In this document: positions 37,943 through 48,214 of the stretch, in pieces
How positions within the stretch are numbered: position 1 is the stretch's first letter
How the letters are laid out: every line of letters starts with the position of its first letter
Source: an uncultured Alphaproteobacteria bacterium
Lineage (GTDB): Bacteria; Pseudomonadota; Alphaproteobacteria; RF32; CAG-239
Length of the DNA: 63,763 nucleotides
Direction: 5' to 3'
Assembly (NCBI GenBank): GCA_947588655.1
Contig: CANPYS010000005.1
Span: 1-63,763, forward strand
Made by a program: the position numbers and the translations under genes
Notes under the pieces: model-generated
Seen by the model: only the letters and a program-made list of their open reading frames with translations
Told to the model about the DNA's origin: nothing
The model's database searches: none

Positions 37943-38250
37943 TGGAACACGAAGACAATTATAAAGTGATTATCACGCACGAGGGCGTTTTGGTTTTTTT
38001 AATAAAAGAGCGCACGCAAGCGCCTGAAAAGCCTTTTGTGCTTTATGACGGTGGCAATCACGCCACATTTTACCGCCGCGCGGACGAAACGGTTTTGTTT
38101 GATTATCTTAATCCGGAAATTATCCCGATAATGCAACAATCTGACCACATTGTTATCTTTGAATTTAGCGACCAAACGCAAGATGTTTCGCGCGATTATG
38201 CCGCGCCCATTCGGCACATCAAAAAAAATTCGTTCACAGACGGGCTTTAA
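37942..38250 (+). CDS. Hypothetical protein
   Basis: TAATG coupling to the upstream gene. Confidence 0.6.
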   Translation: MEHEDNYKVIITHEGVLVFLIKERTQAPEKPFVLYDGGNHATFYRRADETVLFDYLNPEIIPIMQQSDHIVIFEFSDQTQDVSRDYAAPIRHIKKNSFTDGL

Positions 38251-38412
38251 GCCCGTTTTTTTAATTAAAAATTTACCATAAAACATTATGCTGACACCAA
38301 AGGTTAAATTTGTTACAGAAATATGAACATTTAGCTCTAAAAGCCTTATTTTCTGGACTTTTTGCAAAAAATGTGATAGCTTGAGAATAGGTTAAAAGAA
38401 CGGACGAAACAA

Positions 38413-39204
38413 ATGTATTTATGGATTGTATTGGCAACGTTTATTGTTTTGTTATACTCGTTCAACATCGGTGTTCGGGCTGATTTGGATCGTGTTTTTG
38501 CTGAAACAAAAGCGCAAGTTGTTTTAACCAAGTTTTTAGCCCAGCACAATGCGGTCAAAGAATATTTAAACGAGCAATCGCCTGATAAATTAGGCGCGCG
38601 CGGACAATACACCGAAAGCGAAACCGAACGCGCCGCAGTTAGCTATTTTCCTGGAGACGGTTATAATCTTTCGCCCGATCAAGAGGGCAACACGCTAGGC
38701 GCTGATTTCAAAAACACCGAGGCCAAAGCAACCATTGAAAACTATTTGCCCGTCGGCTTTGAGCCTGAGGCTGATGCCGTAACCAAGGTTTTTTGTTTCA
38801 AAAACGGCGACAAAACGCAAAATTGCAATTCTTCCAACGGACGCAGTTGTTGTAGCGATATGTTTACGGGCGTTTACGTTGTGTCGTTTATGCCCATTCC
38901 GGGGCGTTGGTTTAATCCGGTAACCGACCAACCGCACACAGACTTAATTGGCGCGATGTCGCGACTTGGCGGTTATGGACGCGATGTCGGCTACATTGGC
39001 GAAAAAAACGGCAAACTGGTTATTGTCGGCGGTTACCAGCTCCCGAAAGGAAGCACGGACGAAAACGGCAACACGCTTTTAGATAATGCCGTCACATACC
39101 GCGAGATATGGCAAGCCGTTAAAGACGATCCCGATTTTATAAATTCAGGCTGTAACGATGCCAACAAGCATTGTTTATACGCCGTGCAACAGATTTATGG
39201 TTAA
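38413..39204 (+). CDS. Membrane-anchored putative pilus-associated protein
   Basis: N-terminal hydrophobic helix, Cys pairs, co-transcribed with the PilV-like gene. Confidence 0.6.
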   Translation: MYLWIVLATFIVLLYSFNIGVRADLDRVFAETKAQVVLTKFLAQHNAVKEYLNEQSPDKLGARGQYTESETERAAVSYFPGDGYNLSPDQEGNTLGADFKNTEAKATIENYLPVGFEPEADAVTKVFCFKNGDKTQNCNSSNGRSCCSDMFTGVYVVSFMPIPGRWFNPVTDQPHTDLIGAMSRLGGYGRDVGYIGEKNGKLVIVGGYQLPKGSTDENGNTLLDNAVTYREIWQAVKDDPDFINSGCNDANKHCLYAVQQIYG

Positions 39205-39215
39205 GGAGAAAAAAG

Positions 39216-42200
39216 ATGATGACGCCTTTTCAAAAATCTAAATTAAAATTAGCGCAAGCTGGTAGCTTAATGGTTGAGGCCATGGCGATGCTAGCGCTGA
39301 TTTCGCTTGTAACGCCGACCTTATATAAAAAATCGGCGGAACGCACCACCGAGTTGCAAGACATCAACACGGCATCGCACGCGCGAACAGTCTTAAAAGC
39401 GTTAGATAACTACGTTAAAACAAACTATTCCACCCTTATGGAAGAAATGGGCAGTGGCGATTCCACTAAGCAAATTTCAGCCGAAGACTTAGCCAAGGAA
39501 GACGGCGATTACAAGCCTTATTTTCCGTTTGGCTACAAGTTTGAAGACCTCAAAAACTTTGCCGCGCCGCAAGCCGCTTTAATGAAAAAAGGCGATTCTA
39601 TCACGGTGTTTGTTGACTTTCCGACCAATGTTGACTTGGGCGAAACCCGCGCCGCGCGCATTGCTTCTATGATTGGGAGCAACGGCGGTTACATCAACAA
39701 GGACGAAAAAGCGCAAGGCGTTGGCGGCGTGTGGAGCTTGGAAACGACCGATTTAAGCAACATGGGCTTTGCTACCGATAAAAAAGACTCCATTGTGGTT
39801 GCCTCGTCCGATGCTATTAACTCGGCTATGGCGGGCGCGCTAGAAAACGAAAAATATTTGCAACGCACCAAGCCCGAAACAGAATCCGAACGTTGGCGCA
39901 ACGCGATGACAACCGACCTTTATATGGGCGGTGTGGCAAACGCTGAAACAATGTATAAAATTTTGGGCGTTGAACAGCTGATTTTAGGCGAAACCGATAG
40001 CCCTGTTGACGCCGACTTAGTTATTACCGAAGACGCAACAAGTGGTGGCGCGGCATGGATGGCAGGCGCATTACACGCCTTAAACGAGACCTTTAATGTT
40101 GAAGGCACGCCTGAAGATGCCTCTTTAGACTTTGGCGAGGCTATTAAAGCCCAAACGGGCGAAGGCACGACAAACCGTGTTTCATTTAACAACGAGGATA
40201 TTATTTTTGAGGGCTCTTCTTCCACCGGTACAGGGGGCGAAACCTCTTCCGGCACAGCCTTATTTAAGGTAAAAACAACTGTTGACAACGCCTTAGAATC
40301 AACAGGCGACACCCGACTTGCCAACAAAGATAACTCTGTTTTTGAAGCTGGTCCAAACGGCAAATACATTAAAGTAACACCCGAGCAAGGCGAATTAAGC
40401 CTTATGGACGGCAACATCATTACAAAAAAGGTTACAGGTCAAGATAATGGCGTGCGCACCGACATTAAAACCAAACTTTATGTCAATGATGAAACCAACA
40501 TTGGCACCGTAGGAACAATGAGTCCTGAAGCAACAAGCATTACAAACTTTGATCCCAAACTTAAAGTATGGGGCGATGCTTATGTTGATGAAACCCTTTA
40601 TGCCAACGACCTTAAAGTTAAGGAATTTGATACATTAAGTCTCCGCGCCGGTAAGGAAAATTTTGGAGAAGGGAATTGGCGCTTAAATGTCACAGATCAA
40701 GATTTTGAAGTTCAAGATAAAAACGGCAATACAAGGTTGTCTTTAAATGAAGGTGAATCCACTGTTCTCAACACAACAGGAACTTTAGATGACAATGGTC
40801 GGACGGGAAGCTCCATTCAACTTGATGATGGTGTTGCTGATATCCGTGGCAAAAATACCTTAAACTTACATACCCAAAACTTTGGAAATGTAGATATCCA
40901 AAGCGGTGCTTTAACCGTTCAAGGCACTTCCACAGCTTTAGACGGAAACTCAAAAGTTATTGCAAAAGCACCTTTTATGGTTCATACTGACAACGAAGGG
41001 ACATCAGACAATGCAACCCTTTATGCCGACCCTAACAATAACGGAGAGGTTCAAATTAATGCTCAAAACACGCAGATTACATCTTACAGCACATTAATTG
41101 CCCCTCAAGACAAAGGAACTTCTAGCAATGGGGTCTTCGCTATTGGAGGTAACTTAACATCAACTGATAACGGTGTTTATTTGGACAACATCGCTTTCCG
41201 TGTTCAGCCAAAGGTTGATGCTAACACAGCTTCGTCAGATAACAGCATTGTAGATGTATATGAAAACGCCTTTATCTTAAATGAAAAAGACCAGGCAGAA
41301 AGTGATAACCCCGTTGTGTATGCTGATTTAAATAAGGGCTCAGATTCAACCACAGAGGACAGCACTAAAATAAATGCCTCTATATACATTCGCCGTGGCG
41401 CGATTGAAGTTGAACCCGAAACAAACGAGGGTTTTGACGCTGATGATGGTAAAGGTTATATTGAGGCATCGCGCTTTGTGGCAAACAACCCCGGAACCGA
41501 TAAGAGCACACCTATCGTCCCGATATTCGCTGGCGAATATGATGAATCCATCTATTATCAAAACGAATCTCCTCGCGTGGCATACGACCGTTATATGATA
41601 AACCCGGCTTACACCTCGGTGATGCACGATATTAAGCTGACCACGCGAGGTGGCGCGCGCTTGAGCGATATTTTGCCAGACTTTATCAACAAAGGTATTT
41701 ACCTTGTCAACAACTCTTATACAGAAGAAGGCACAAGCTTTGATGATATTAGGCCAAGCGTCACTGAGGGAGGAAGAATTGAGACTAACTTTACGGAACA
41801 ACTCATTGGAGGTGGTTACCAAAACACTTACGCTTCCGCCTTTATGGGCATTGTACCGGCGCCACAATGTCCGCCAGGATATGCGCGCGTGATAACGCTC
41901 ACACCGGCAACTTTCCAAATGGCGCAGGCCGGTAACATCCGTTATGTAAACCTTGGAGGAGGTGGAAATAGCGGCACAGATCTGAATCGTTTTGAAGTGG
42001 TTTCTCTTTCCAACGAAAATACTCTCTCAAATTTGGATAAAAACGATATTAAGATTAACGAAGTTGGTCAAGACATCATCAGTGGCGCACGGTGGACAGA
42101 AATAACGCAGTCAGATGGAACATCCCGAAGCGTTTTGGGTGACCCTGTGGAAGGAACAGATGACGACAACGTTAAAGCCTTAAGAACGGTTCCTTTTTCC

Positions 42201-42686
42201 TTCCAACAAAACACTTGGTTGCGGAGTATGGTTCAAACGAGGAGAACAGGCTCTACAGACTCTTGCGGTGACAACAAAAGTGGTGCCTCTGGCTCACAAA
42301 GCGCCAATGTTAGTTGTCCGGACTTTATTGGGTGGTCAGCAATTATGGGCTTTATTTATCCTGAAACTCAATATAAAGGATTGATAGATGCTATTACAAC
42401 CCTTTCTGGAGGCTCGTACAGCACTTCCAGTGATGATAGCAACAAGATTTACTGGAACTTATATCCGGTACAGACATCTTCATTGGAAGCGTATGCCACA
42501 GTGTATTGCTACTTTGATAGAAGCAACTTATGGGGATCCTCTAAACAAAATTCCGAAATGGTTGACCAATACGACCAGCTGAATAACTTCTCAAGTGCTT
42601 ATACAAAGACAAGAACAAACGATCAGGCAGGAGACTATGTCAACCGCTTAGACGATCCGGCATTAAAATACCGCGATCCATGGTAA
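39216..42686 (+). CDS. Large PilV-like minor pilin/adhesin
   Basis: AG|SLMVE prepilin motif; AARIASMIGSNGGYI resembles the PilV N-domain; long beta-rich stalk; TAAGGAG RBS. Confidence 0.65.
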   Translation: MMTPFQKSKLKLAQAGSLMVEAMAMLALISLVTPTLYKKSAERTTELQDINTASHARTVLKALDNYVKTNYSTLMEEMGSGDSTKQISAEDLAKEDGDYKPYFPFGYKFEDLKNFAAPQAALMKKGDSITVFVDFPTNVDLGETRAARIASMIGSNGGYINKDEKAQGVGGVWSLETTDLSNMGFATDKKDSIVVASSDAINSAMAGALENEKYLQRTKPETESERWRNAMTTDLYMGGVANAETMYKILGVEQLILGETDSPVDADLVITEDATSGGAAWMAGALHALNETFNVEGTPEDASLDFGEAIKAQTGEGTTNRVSFNNEDIIFEGSSSTGTGGETSSGTALFKVKTTVDNALESTGDTRLANKDNSVFEAGPNGKYIKVTPEQGELSLMDGNIITKKVTGQDNGVRTDIKTKLYVNDETNIGTVGTMSPEATSITNFDPKLKVWGDAYVDETLYANDLKVKEFDTLSLRAGKENFGEGNWRLNVTDQDFEVQDKNGNTRLSLNEGESTVLNTTGTLDDNGRTGSSIQLDDGVADIRGKNTLNLHTQNFGNVDIQSGALTVQGTSTALDGNSKVIAKAPFMVHTDNEGTSDNATLYADPNNNGEVQINAQNTQITSYSTLIAPQDKGTSSNGVFAIGGNLTSTDNGVYLDNIAFRVQPKVDANTASSDNSIVDVYENAFILNEKDQAESDNPVVYADLNKGSDSTTEDSTKINASIYIRRGAIEVEPETNEGFDADDGKGYIEASRFVANNPGTDKSTPIVPIFAGEYDESIYYQNESPRVAYDRYMINPAYTSVMHDIKLTTRGGARLSDILPDFINKGIYLVNNSYTEEGTSFDDIRPSVTEGGRIETNFTEQLIGGGYQNTYASAFMGIVPAPQCPPGYARVITLTPATFQMAQAGNIRYVNLGGGGNSGTDLNRFEVVSLSNENTLSNLDKNDIKINEVGQDIISGARWTEITQSDGTSRSVLGDPVEGTDDDNVKALRTVPFSFQQNTWLRSMVQTRRTGSTDSCGDNKSGASGSQSANVSCPDFIGWSAIMGFIYPETQYKGLIDAITTLSGGSYSTSSDDSNKIYWNLYPVQTSSLEAYATVYCYFDRSNLWGSSKQNSEMVDQYDQLNNFSSAYTKTRTNDQAGDYVNRLDDPALKYRDPW

Positions 42687-42690
42687 AAAA

Positions 42691-42717
42691 GAAAAGCCCC
42701 AATCGGGGCTTTTCCTT
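42691..42717 (+). terminator. Intrinsic terminator
   Basis: GAAAAGCCCC-aatc-GGGGCTTTTC. Confidence 0.7.
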
Positions 42718-42804
42718 TATAATTGAACAAAAAAATTATTGTAAAGATATAAAAAATAGATAATAATTTGAGAACATGCTTTAATAATAAAAGGTAATTA
42801 AAAA

Positions 42805-43863
42805 ATGAAACGATTTATAAAACTTATAAGTATTTTTATTCCGATAAAAAAATGGAGAAAGAAATTTAGAACAAAATATCTGAATAAAAAAAAGAAAAGT
42901 CCAATAATTAACAGCGCCTATTACGGAAAAATATACTTTCCATATTACCCTGATATAAAAATAACCAACCAAGGAAAGCCTAAATTATATAACGAATGGG
43001 GGGGGGGACTAGACATATACTTTATTAGAGATAAAGTCGGATGCCATTGCCCTTACGCTGAAACTTCTAAATATTTTTTATGGGACAGATTTAATATAGG
43101 TTTAGATACACATTTTTATACTCACGAAACAATGCTAGAAACAATGGGTAAACCTATTCATAGGTATGGATATTTTTATGAATCCGAAGCTATTATTCCT
43201 GAAGAATATAAAATTTTTGATAAATATAAAGGAATTGAAAAAGATTTTGATGCGGTTTTTACATATTCTGAAAAATTATTAAACAAACTAGATAATGCGA
43301 TTTTATTTCCCTCTTGTGCAACTGTTTGGTACAGCAAGGAATATTATAATGGAATACAAGACCCTGTTCAATTAGATGAGAATTTGTATCAGAAAAAAAC
43401 CAAAAATATATCTATGATATGTTCTTCAAAACTACTTACGGAAATGCATAAAATTCGTCATAAAATTGCCTCGGATGCTTTAAAAACAGGGAAAGTTGAT
43501 TTATTTGGCGGATTTCTAAATGGGAAAATGTTTCCTTATAAATCTTCAACATTAAAAGATTACAGATTCCAAATTGTTGTTGAAAATGATATTACGCCCT
43601 ATTATTTTACCGAAAAAATAATGGATTGCTTTGCATCTCAAACCATTCCTGTTTATCTAGGGGCTACAAAAATAAATAACTTTTTTAATGAAGACGGAAT
43701 TATTAAAATTGAAAAAGATGTAGACATTGAAAAAGTAATAAATAACTTAAATGAAACAGCGTACCAAAACAGAATTAACGCGGTAAAAGAAAATTATAAG
43801 AAAGTTATGAAATATCTTAATATAAATGATTTACTATATGAGACCTATTTTGCAAAAAAATAA
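42805..43863 (+). CDS. Glycosyltransferase family 10 (fucosyltransferase-like)
   Basis: YRFQIVVEN...YYFTEKIMDCF...TIPVYLG; AT-rich; internal G10 tract. Confidence 0.8.
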   Translation: MKRFIKLISIFIPIKKWRKKFRTKYLNKKKKSPIINSAYYGKIYFPYYPDIKITNQGKPKLYNEWGGGLDIYFIRDKVGCHCPYAETSKYFLWDRFNIGLDTHFYTHETMLETMGKPIHRYGYFYESEAIIPEEYKIFDKYKGIEKDFDAVFTYSEKLLNKLDNAILFPSCATVWYSKEYYNGIQDPVQLDENLYQKKTKNISMICSSKLLTEMHKIRHKIASDALKTGKVDLFGGFLNGKMFPYKSSTLKDYRFQIVVENDITPYYFTEKIMDCFASQTIPVYLGATKINNFFNEDGIIKIEKDVDIEKVINNLNETAYQNRINAVKENYKKVMKYLNINDLLYETYFAKK

Positions 43864-43901
43864 TATATGACATAGTTTTCAGAGCAATAAACTTATCTGA
43901 A

Positions 43902-43983
43902 TCGTCATTCGCGAGGAATCCAGGAAAAATAAAGCTATATTATTGTCCTGGATTTTTCCTCCCTACGGTCGTCAGAATGACGA
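43902..43983. repeat. REP/RPE-like palindrome
   Basis: TCGTCATTC/GAATGACGA ends with inner AATCCAGGA/TCCTGGATT stem. Confidence 0.65.
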
Positions 43984-43992
43984 CTCTTTAAC

Positions 43993-44281
43993 GGAAAGGC
44001 GGATAGCGTGTGCAGATGGAGTGATTTAAGGGGAAAAAGTACCGGAGCGTTTTAAAGCCTTGGAAAGGCGGAGAACCGCTCAATCCAAAAAACGCGATTA
44101 ATGAGGTGATTAGAGTGATTTTAAGCCCGAAAGTACCGGATTATTTTAAAGCCTTGGAAAGGCGGATAGCGTGTGCAGATGGAGTGATTTAAGGGGAAAA
44201 AGTACCGGAGCGTACATAAGAAGTACGTGAGGACACTTTTTCCCCTTAAATTGCTCTAGATGCCAGCTAGACGCCTTTCCC
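43993..44281. mobile_element. Tandem array of RPE-1-like elements (two truncated, one complete)
   Basis: Units start GGAAAGGCGGA at 43993, 44062 and 44156; the last has GTACCGGAGCGTAC...GTACGTGAGGA and ends CGCCTTTCC. Confidence 0.75.
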
Positions 44282-44287
44282 CGCCCT

Positions 44288-44797
44288 TTAAGCACGTTTT
44301 AAAAGACTCAACAACTTCTGATTCGCCTCCTCCAAGGAACTATTATCAAAAACAGCAACCTCGCTGGCTAGACGATCAAGAGCTTGTTCGTAGATTTGGC
44401 GTTCACTGTACGATTGTTCGGCTAAATTTTCGGACCGATACAAATCGCGCACAACTTCGGCAATCGCGACGGGATTACCGGAATTGATTTTATTTTCATA
44501 TTCCTGCGCGCGGCGCGACCACATGGCTTTTTTCACACGCGCCTTGCCTTGGAGGGTTTGGAGCGCCTCGTTGATTGTGGATTCGCCCGAAATACGACGC
44601 AAGCCCACATGCTCAACCTTAGCCACCGGAATACGCAATGTCATTTTATCCTTGTCAAAGTTGACAACCAACATCTCAAGTTCTGTGCCGGCAATGGTTT
44701 GCTTTGAAACATCGGCAACCTTGCCAACACCTTGTGTTGGATAAACGACATACTCGCCGGAGCTGAAAGCCTGAAAAGGTTTTTTCTTTGTGCTCAT
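44288..44797 (-). CDS. carD: CarD family transcriptional regulator
   Basis: VVYPTQGVG, WSRRAQEY..KINSG, AEVVRDL, SYSER. Confidence 0.92.
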   Translation of the reverse strand: MSTKKKPFQAFSSGEYVVYPTQGVGKVADVSKQTIAGTELEMLVVNFDKDKMTLRIPVAKVEHVGLRRISGESTINEALQTLQGKARVKKAMWSRRAQEYENKINSGNPVAIAEVVRDLYRSENLAEQSYSERQIYEQALDRLASEVAVFDNSSLEEANQKLLSLLKRA

Positions 44798-44906
44798 ATT
44801 GTTTTCCTTACTTGATTATGTCTTGAACAAAAAAGAATATACCACATTTTTAAGCCAAAAAAAAGCCTAAATTTTAAAATTTTTCATTTTTTTACATTTT
44901 AAAGCT

Positions 44907-45377
44907 TCAAACGCTAGGAAACAAGCCAGTTTGACGCAACGCCTCGCCAACCACCATGGTTGCCGCCACCGCCATATTGATAGAGCGCGCGCCTGCTTGC
45001 ATGGGAATTAAAAGTCTTTCGTCAGCCGTTTTATGCACTTCTTCAGGCACACCGGCACTTTCGCGCCCCAAAAGAATAATATCGTTTGGCTTAAAGCAAA
45101 AATCGGTATAAGGCTTTTGGGCGTGCGTTGTCAACAAAACAAGCCGCCCATATTCGTCCTTATTCTCAGCCCGAAAATCCAAAAACGCCTGCCACGAGTC
45201 GTGGCGCTTAAAACAAGCGTTTTGCAAATAATCCATACCGGCGCGACGCATTTCTTTGCCACCAAAGACAAAGCCGCACGGTTCAATAATATCTAAAGGC
45301 AAGCCCAAACAGGCGCCCAAACGCAACAAAGTGCCTGTATTTTGGGCAATATCGGGCTGAAAAAGCGCCAACCGCAT
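44907..45377 (-). CDS. trmL: tRNA (cytidine34-2'-O)-methyltransferase
   Basis: QPDIAQNTG, RRAGMDY, GRESAG, RSINMA. Confidence 0.92.
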   Translation of the reverse strand: MRLALFQPDIAQNTGTLLRLGACLGLPLDIIEPCGFVFGGKEMRRAGMDYLQNACFKRHDSWQAFLDFRAENKDEYGRLVLLTTHAQKPYTDFCFKPNDIILLGRESAGVPEEVHKTADERLLIPMQAGARSINMAVAATMVVGEALRQTGLFPSV

Positions 45378-45827
45378 TTATGCATTACCTTTTTTCTGCC
45401 TTACCGCATAAAGCGCCGCAAAATCAATTGGGTTCAGCATAATTGGGGGCAAACCGCCTTCTGTCAAGCAATGTGTGACCACATTTCGGGCAAAGGGGAA
45501 CAAAAGCCTTGGGATTTCAATACCCAAAACAGGCTCTACATGCTCCGCCGGCACATTAAGCGTGACAGCCGCGCCGTACGAAAGCTCCAAAATAAAAAGC
45601 TTTTCATTTTCAACATCGCCGTTTAAGCTCACATTCAGCACAACCTCATGCGTGGTGTCATTTAATTTTTGCGACTTAATCTGCACATCAACCTTAATTT
45701 GCGGTTGTTGGCGAATTTTACCAAAAACCTCGGGCGCATGCGGAATTTCAAAAGACAAATCTTTAATATACTGACTGTTAATCACAATCGGCGGTACATT
45801 TTGGTTTTGTTTATTTGTATCAGACAT
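45378..45827 (-). CDS. secB: Protein-export chaperone SecB
   Basis: QYIKDLSFE, PRLLFPFAR, PIDFAALY; AAGGAGG RBS. Confidence 0.95.
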   Translation of the reverse strand: MSDTNKQNQNVPPIVINSQYIKDLSFEIPHAPEVFGKIRQQPQIKVDVQIKSQKLNDTTHEVVLNVSLNGDVENEKLFILELSYGAAVTLNVPAEHVEPVLGIEIPRLLFPFARNVVTHCLTEGGLPPIMLNPIDFAALYAVRQKKGNA

Positions 45828-45943
45828 ATTTCCTCCTTTTTTGTCATTCATAGCGCAAATAATTGAACACGTCAAATATAATAGTTGATAATACCACAAA
45901 ATGCGTTATATATAGACTTAGTTATCTTAAATGAGGTTAAAAA

Positions 45944-46540
45944 ATGTTTGCCAACATAGATATTGTTTTTTTGATGATTGCGGCGGGTTTGATTTTGATG
46001 CGCCTGTATAAAATTTTGGGAACGCGCCCTGATGACGAATCTTCCAAAGTCGTCAAAATTGTTGCTGAAAAAACCGCACCAACCCCCGCGCCAACAGATG
46101 ACGAAACTATCAAATGTAGCGTTATTCCAAACTTTAATAAAGCGGATTTCTGCGCCCGCGCCAAGGTTGCTTTTGCTATGATTTTAGAGGCATTTGCCAA
46201 CAAAGACCTTGAAACGCTTAAAATGCTCACAGGCAAAAATCTGTTTGCTAAATTTAAAGAAATTATCACCGAGCGTGACGCTCAAGGCATAACCGCCGAG
46301 ACCGATTTAATCCGTATTTCACAAATGCGCATTATAGACGCGGGCGTTTCAACAAAAGGCATTGCCCGCGTTGTGGTGCGCTTTGTAAGCGAGCAAATCA
46401 ACCTCATTAAAAACAAAGCCGGCGAAGTGATTGAAGGCGATGAAAATTTTGTGCAAGAAATTACCGATGTTTGGACTTTTGAGCGCAATCTTAACAACGT
46501 TTCGCCTGTTTGGTTTTTGGTTTCCACAAAGAAAAAATAA
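45944..46540 (+). CDS. Tim44/TimA family protein
   Basis: RLYKILG...AFAMILEAFA...VRFVSEQ...DVWTFER...W; conserved secB-mltA context. Confidence 0.88.
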   Translation: MFANIDIVFLMIAAGLILMRLYKILGTRPDDESSKVVKIVAEKTAPTPAPTDDETIKCSVIPNFNKADFCARAKVAFAMILEAFANKDLETLKMLTGKNLFAKFKEIITERDAQGITAETDLIRISQMRIIDAGVSTKGIARVVVRFVSEQINLIKNKAGEVIEGDENFVQEITDVWTFERNLNNVSPVWFLVSTKKK

Positions 46541-47709
46541 TGATAAAGCGACTTTTTTTATTAGCCCTTTTTGTTTTGGCGGCGTGCCGACAATCTTATG
46601 TTTTAAAGCCGGAAAGCGCGCACTTTGAGGGCTTTAGCTTAAAAAAAGCCTCGTACACCGATTTAAAAGGCTTTGAAACGGACGATTTCAGCCAAGCGAT
46701 TATCGCTTTTGAGCGCAACTGCAAAGCCCTTGATAAATTAGCGCCAAAATCTTCATCAGTAATCAAGCTTTCTGCCGATTCGCATCAAAAAATCTGTGCT
46801 GATTTTCAAACGCAAAAAATCAAAACCTCTGAAGATATGAAAAATTTTATTCAGGCGCATTTTGAGCCTTATTTAGTTTTAAATAACGGTTCGTCACAAG
46901 GGCAGTTTACCTCGTATTATGAGGCAGAAATCAGAGCTTCAGAACAAAAGCACGGCAAATATCAATATCCTGTTTATGGCAAGCCGCGCGACTTGGTGAC
47001 TTTTAATCCGGCGGATTTTGATAAATCGCTTACCTCAAAACGCTTTGTCGGCAAACTCCAAAATGGCCGCTTAAAGCCCTATCCGACACGCGCTGAAATT
47101 GAGCTTTCAGGCATTGACGCGCCTGTTATTTTATGGGCGGATGACCCTGTTGATGTCTTTTTAATGCAAATTCAAGGCTCGGCAATTGCCTTAATGGATA
47201 AGGGCGATAATAAACGGATTCGCTATGCCGATAACAACGGACAACCTTTTATCGGTATCGGGCGGATTTTGCTTGACGATAAAGTTTTAGAAAAAGGGCA
47301 AGCCTCTATGGATAAAATTCGCGATTGGCTAAAACAAAACCCCGAAAAAGCCCAAAAATATATGCGCCAAAATCCGCGTTATGTGTTTCATCAGCTTTCA
47401 GACGCCGAAGGACCAATCGGCGCGCTGGGCGTGCCTTTAACCAGCGGCCGCAGCTTGGCTGTAGATGAAAAATATATTCCGCTTTCAAGCCTTTTGTGGC
47501 TTGAAACAACCGCGCCCGATAACACAGCTCTGCAAAAGCTTGTCTTTGCGCAAGATATTGGCGGTGCTATTCAAGGGCCGATTCGCGGCGATTATTTTTG
47601 GGGACATGGCGAACAAGCCTTGCTTTCTGCTGGAAAAATGCACGCTAAAGGACAATATTATATTTTGCACCCCAAGGATTCGGAGCTTGAATTTAACAAT
47701 GGAAAGTGA
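46540..47709 (+). CDS. mltA: Lytic transglycosylase MltA
   Basis: LAAC lipobox, FTSYYE, QIQGS, AVD, QDIGGAI...RGD (3D domain). Confidence 0.92.
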   Translation: MIKRLFLLALFVLAACRQSYVLKPESAHFEGFSLKKASYTDLKGFETDDFSQAIIAFERNCKALDKLAPKSSSVIKLSADSHQKICADFQTQKIKTSEDMKNFIQAHFEPYLVLNNGSSQGQFTSYYEAEIRASEQKHGKYQYPVYGKPRDLVTFNPADFDKSLTSKRFVGKLQNGRLKPYPTRAEIELSGIDAPVILWADDPVDVFLMQIQGSAIALMDKGDNKRIRYADNNGQPFIGIGRILLDDKVLEKGQASMDKIRDWLKQNPEKAQKYMRQNPRYVFHQLSDAEGPIGALGVPLTSGRSLAVDEKYIPLSSLLWLETTAPDNTALQKLVFAQDIGGAIQGPIRGDYFWGHGEQALLSAGKMHAKGQYYILHPKDSELEFNNGK

Positions 47710-48214
47710 TGACGATTTAAAGGCTTGGCAAGAGGCAATTCAAGACGTGAAACCTTTACCCGAAAAGCGCGTGGAACAAGCTCCCGCGCCGGCAAAAATT
47801 AAGCTTAAAGAAAACAAGTTTGAAACTGTTGCCCTCAAACCTTATAAGCACGAAGTGCGCCTGAACGCCACCGCCGATATTGACCGCAAAACCTTTGAAC
47901 GCCTGAAAAAAGGAAAAATTTTGCCCCAAGCGACACTTGATTTGCATTATCAGACCGAAAAACAAGCCTTTGAAAAAGTGCAAAACTTTATCACACAATC
48001 ATACTTGCAAAACAAGCGTTGCGTTTTGATTATAACCGGCAAAGGGCTTCACGCAGCGGACGAGTTTACACCCCGCGCTTGCCTTAAAACACGCGTACCA
48101 CAATGGCTTTCGCAAGAAGAACTTCAACCCTTGATTTTAACCTATGTTCACCCTACCGAACGTTTTGGCGGTTCGGGTGCGTTGATGATTTTGTTGCGTC
48201 GCCGCCGCGCCTGA
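47699..48214 (+). CDS. Smr domain protein
   Basis: LDLH...IITGKG...GGSGA. Confidence 0.88.
   Translation: MESDDDLKAWQEAIQDVKPLPEKRVEQAPAPAKIKLKENKFETVALKPYKHEVRLNATADIDRKTFERLKKGKILPQATLDLHYQTEKQAFEKVQNFITQSYLQNKRCVLIITGKGLHAADEFTPRACLKTRVPQWLSQEELQPLILTYVHPTERFGGSGALMILLRRRRA

Noticed and set aside
39216-42686. Shufflon
   Set aside because: No Rci-like recombinase, invertible cassettes or sfx-like repeats were seen
43993-44281. CRISPR array
   Set aside because: Unit lengths are uneven, the would-be spacers are homologous to each other, and no cas genes are present; better explained as palindromic element copies
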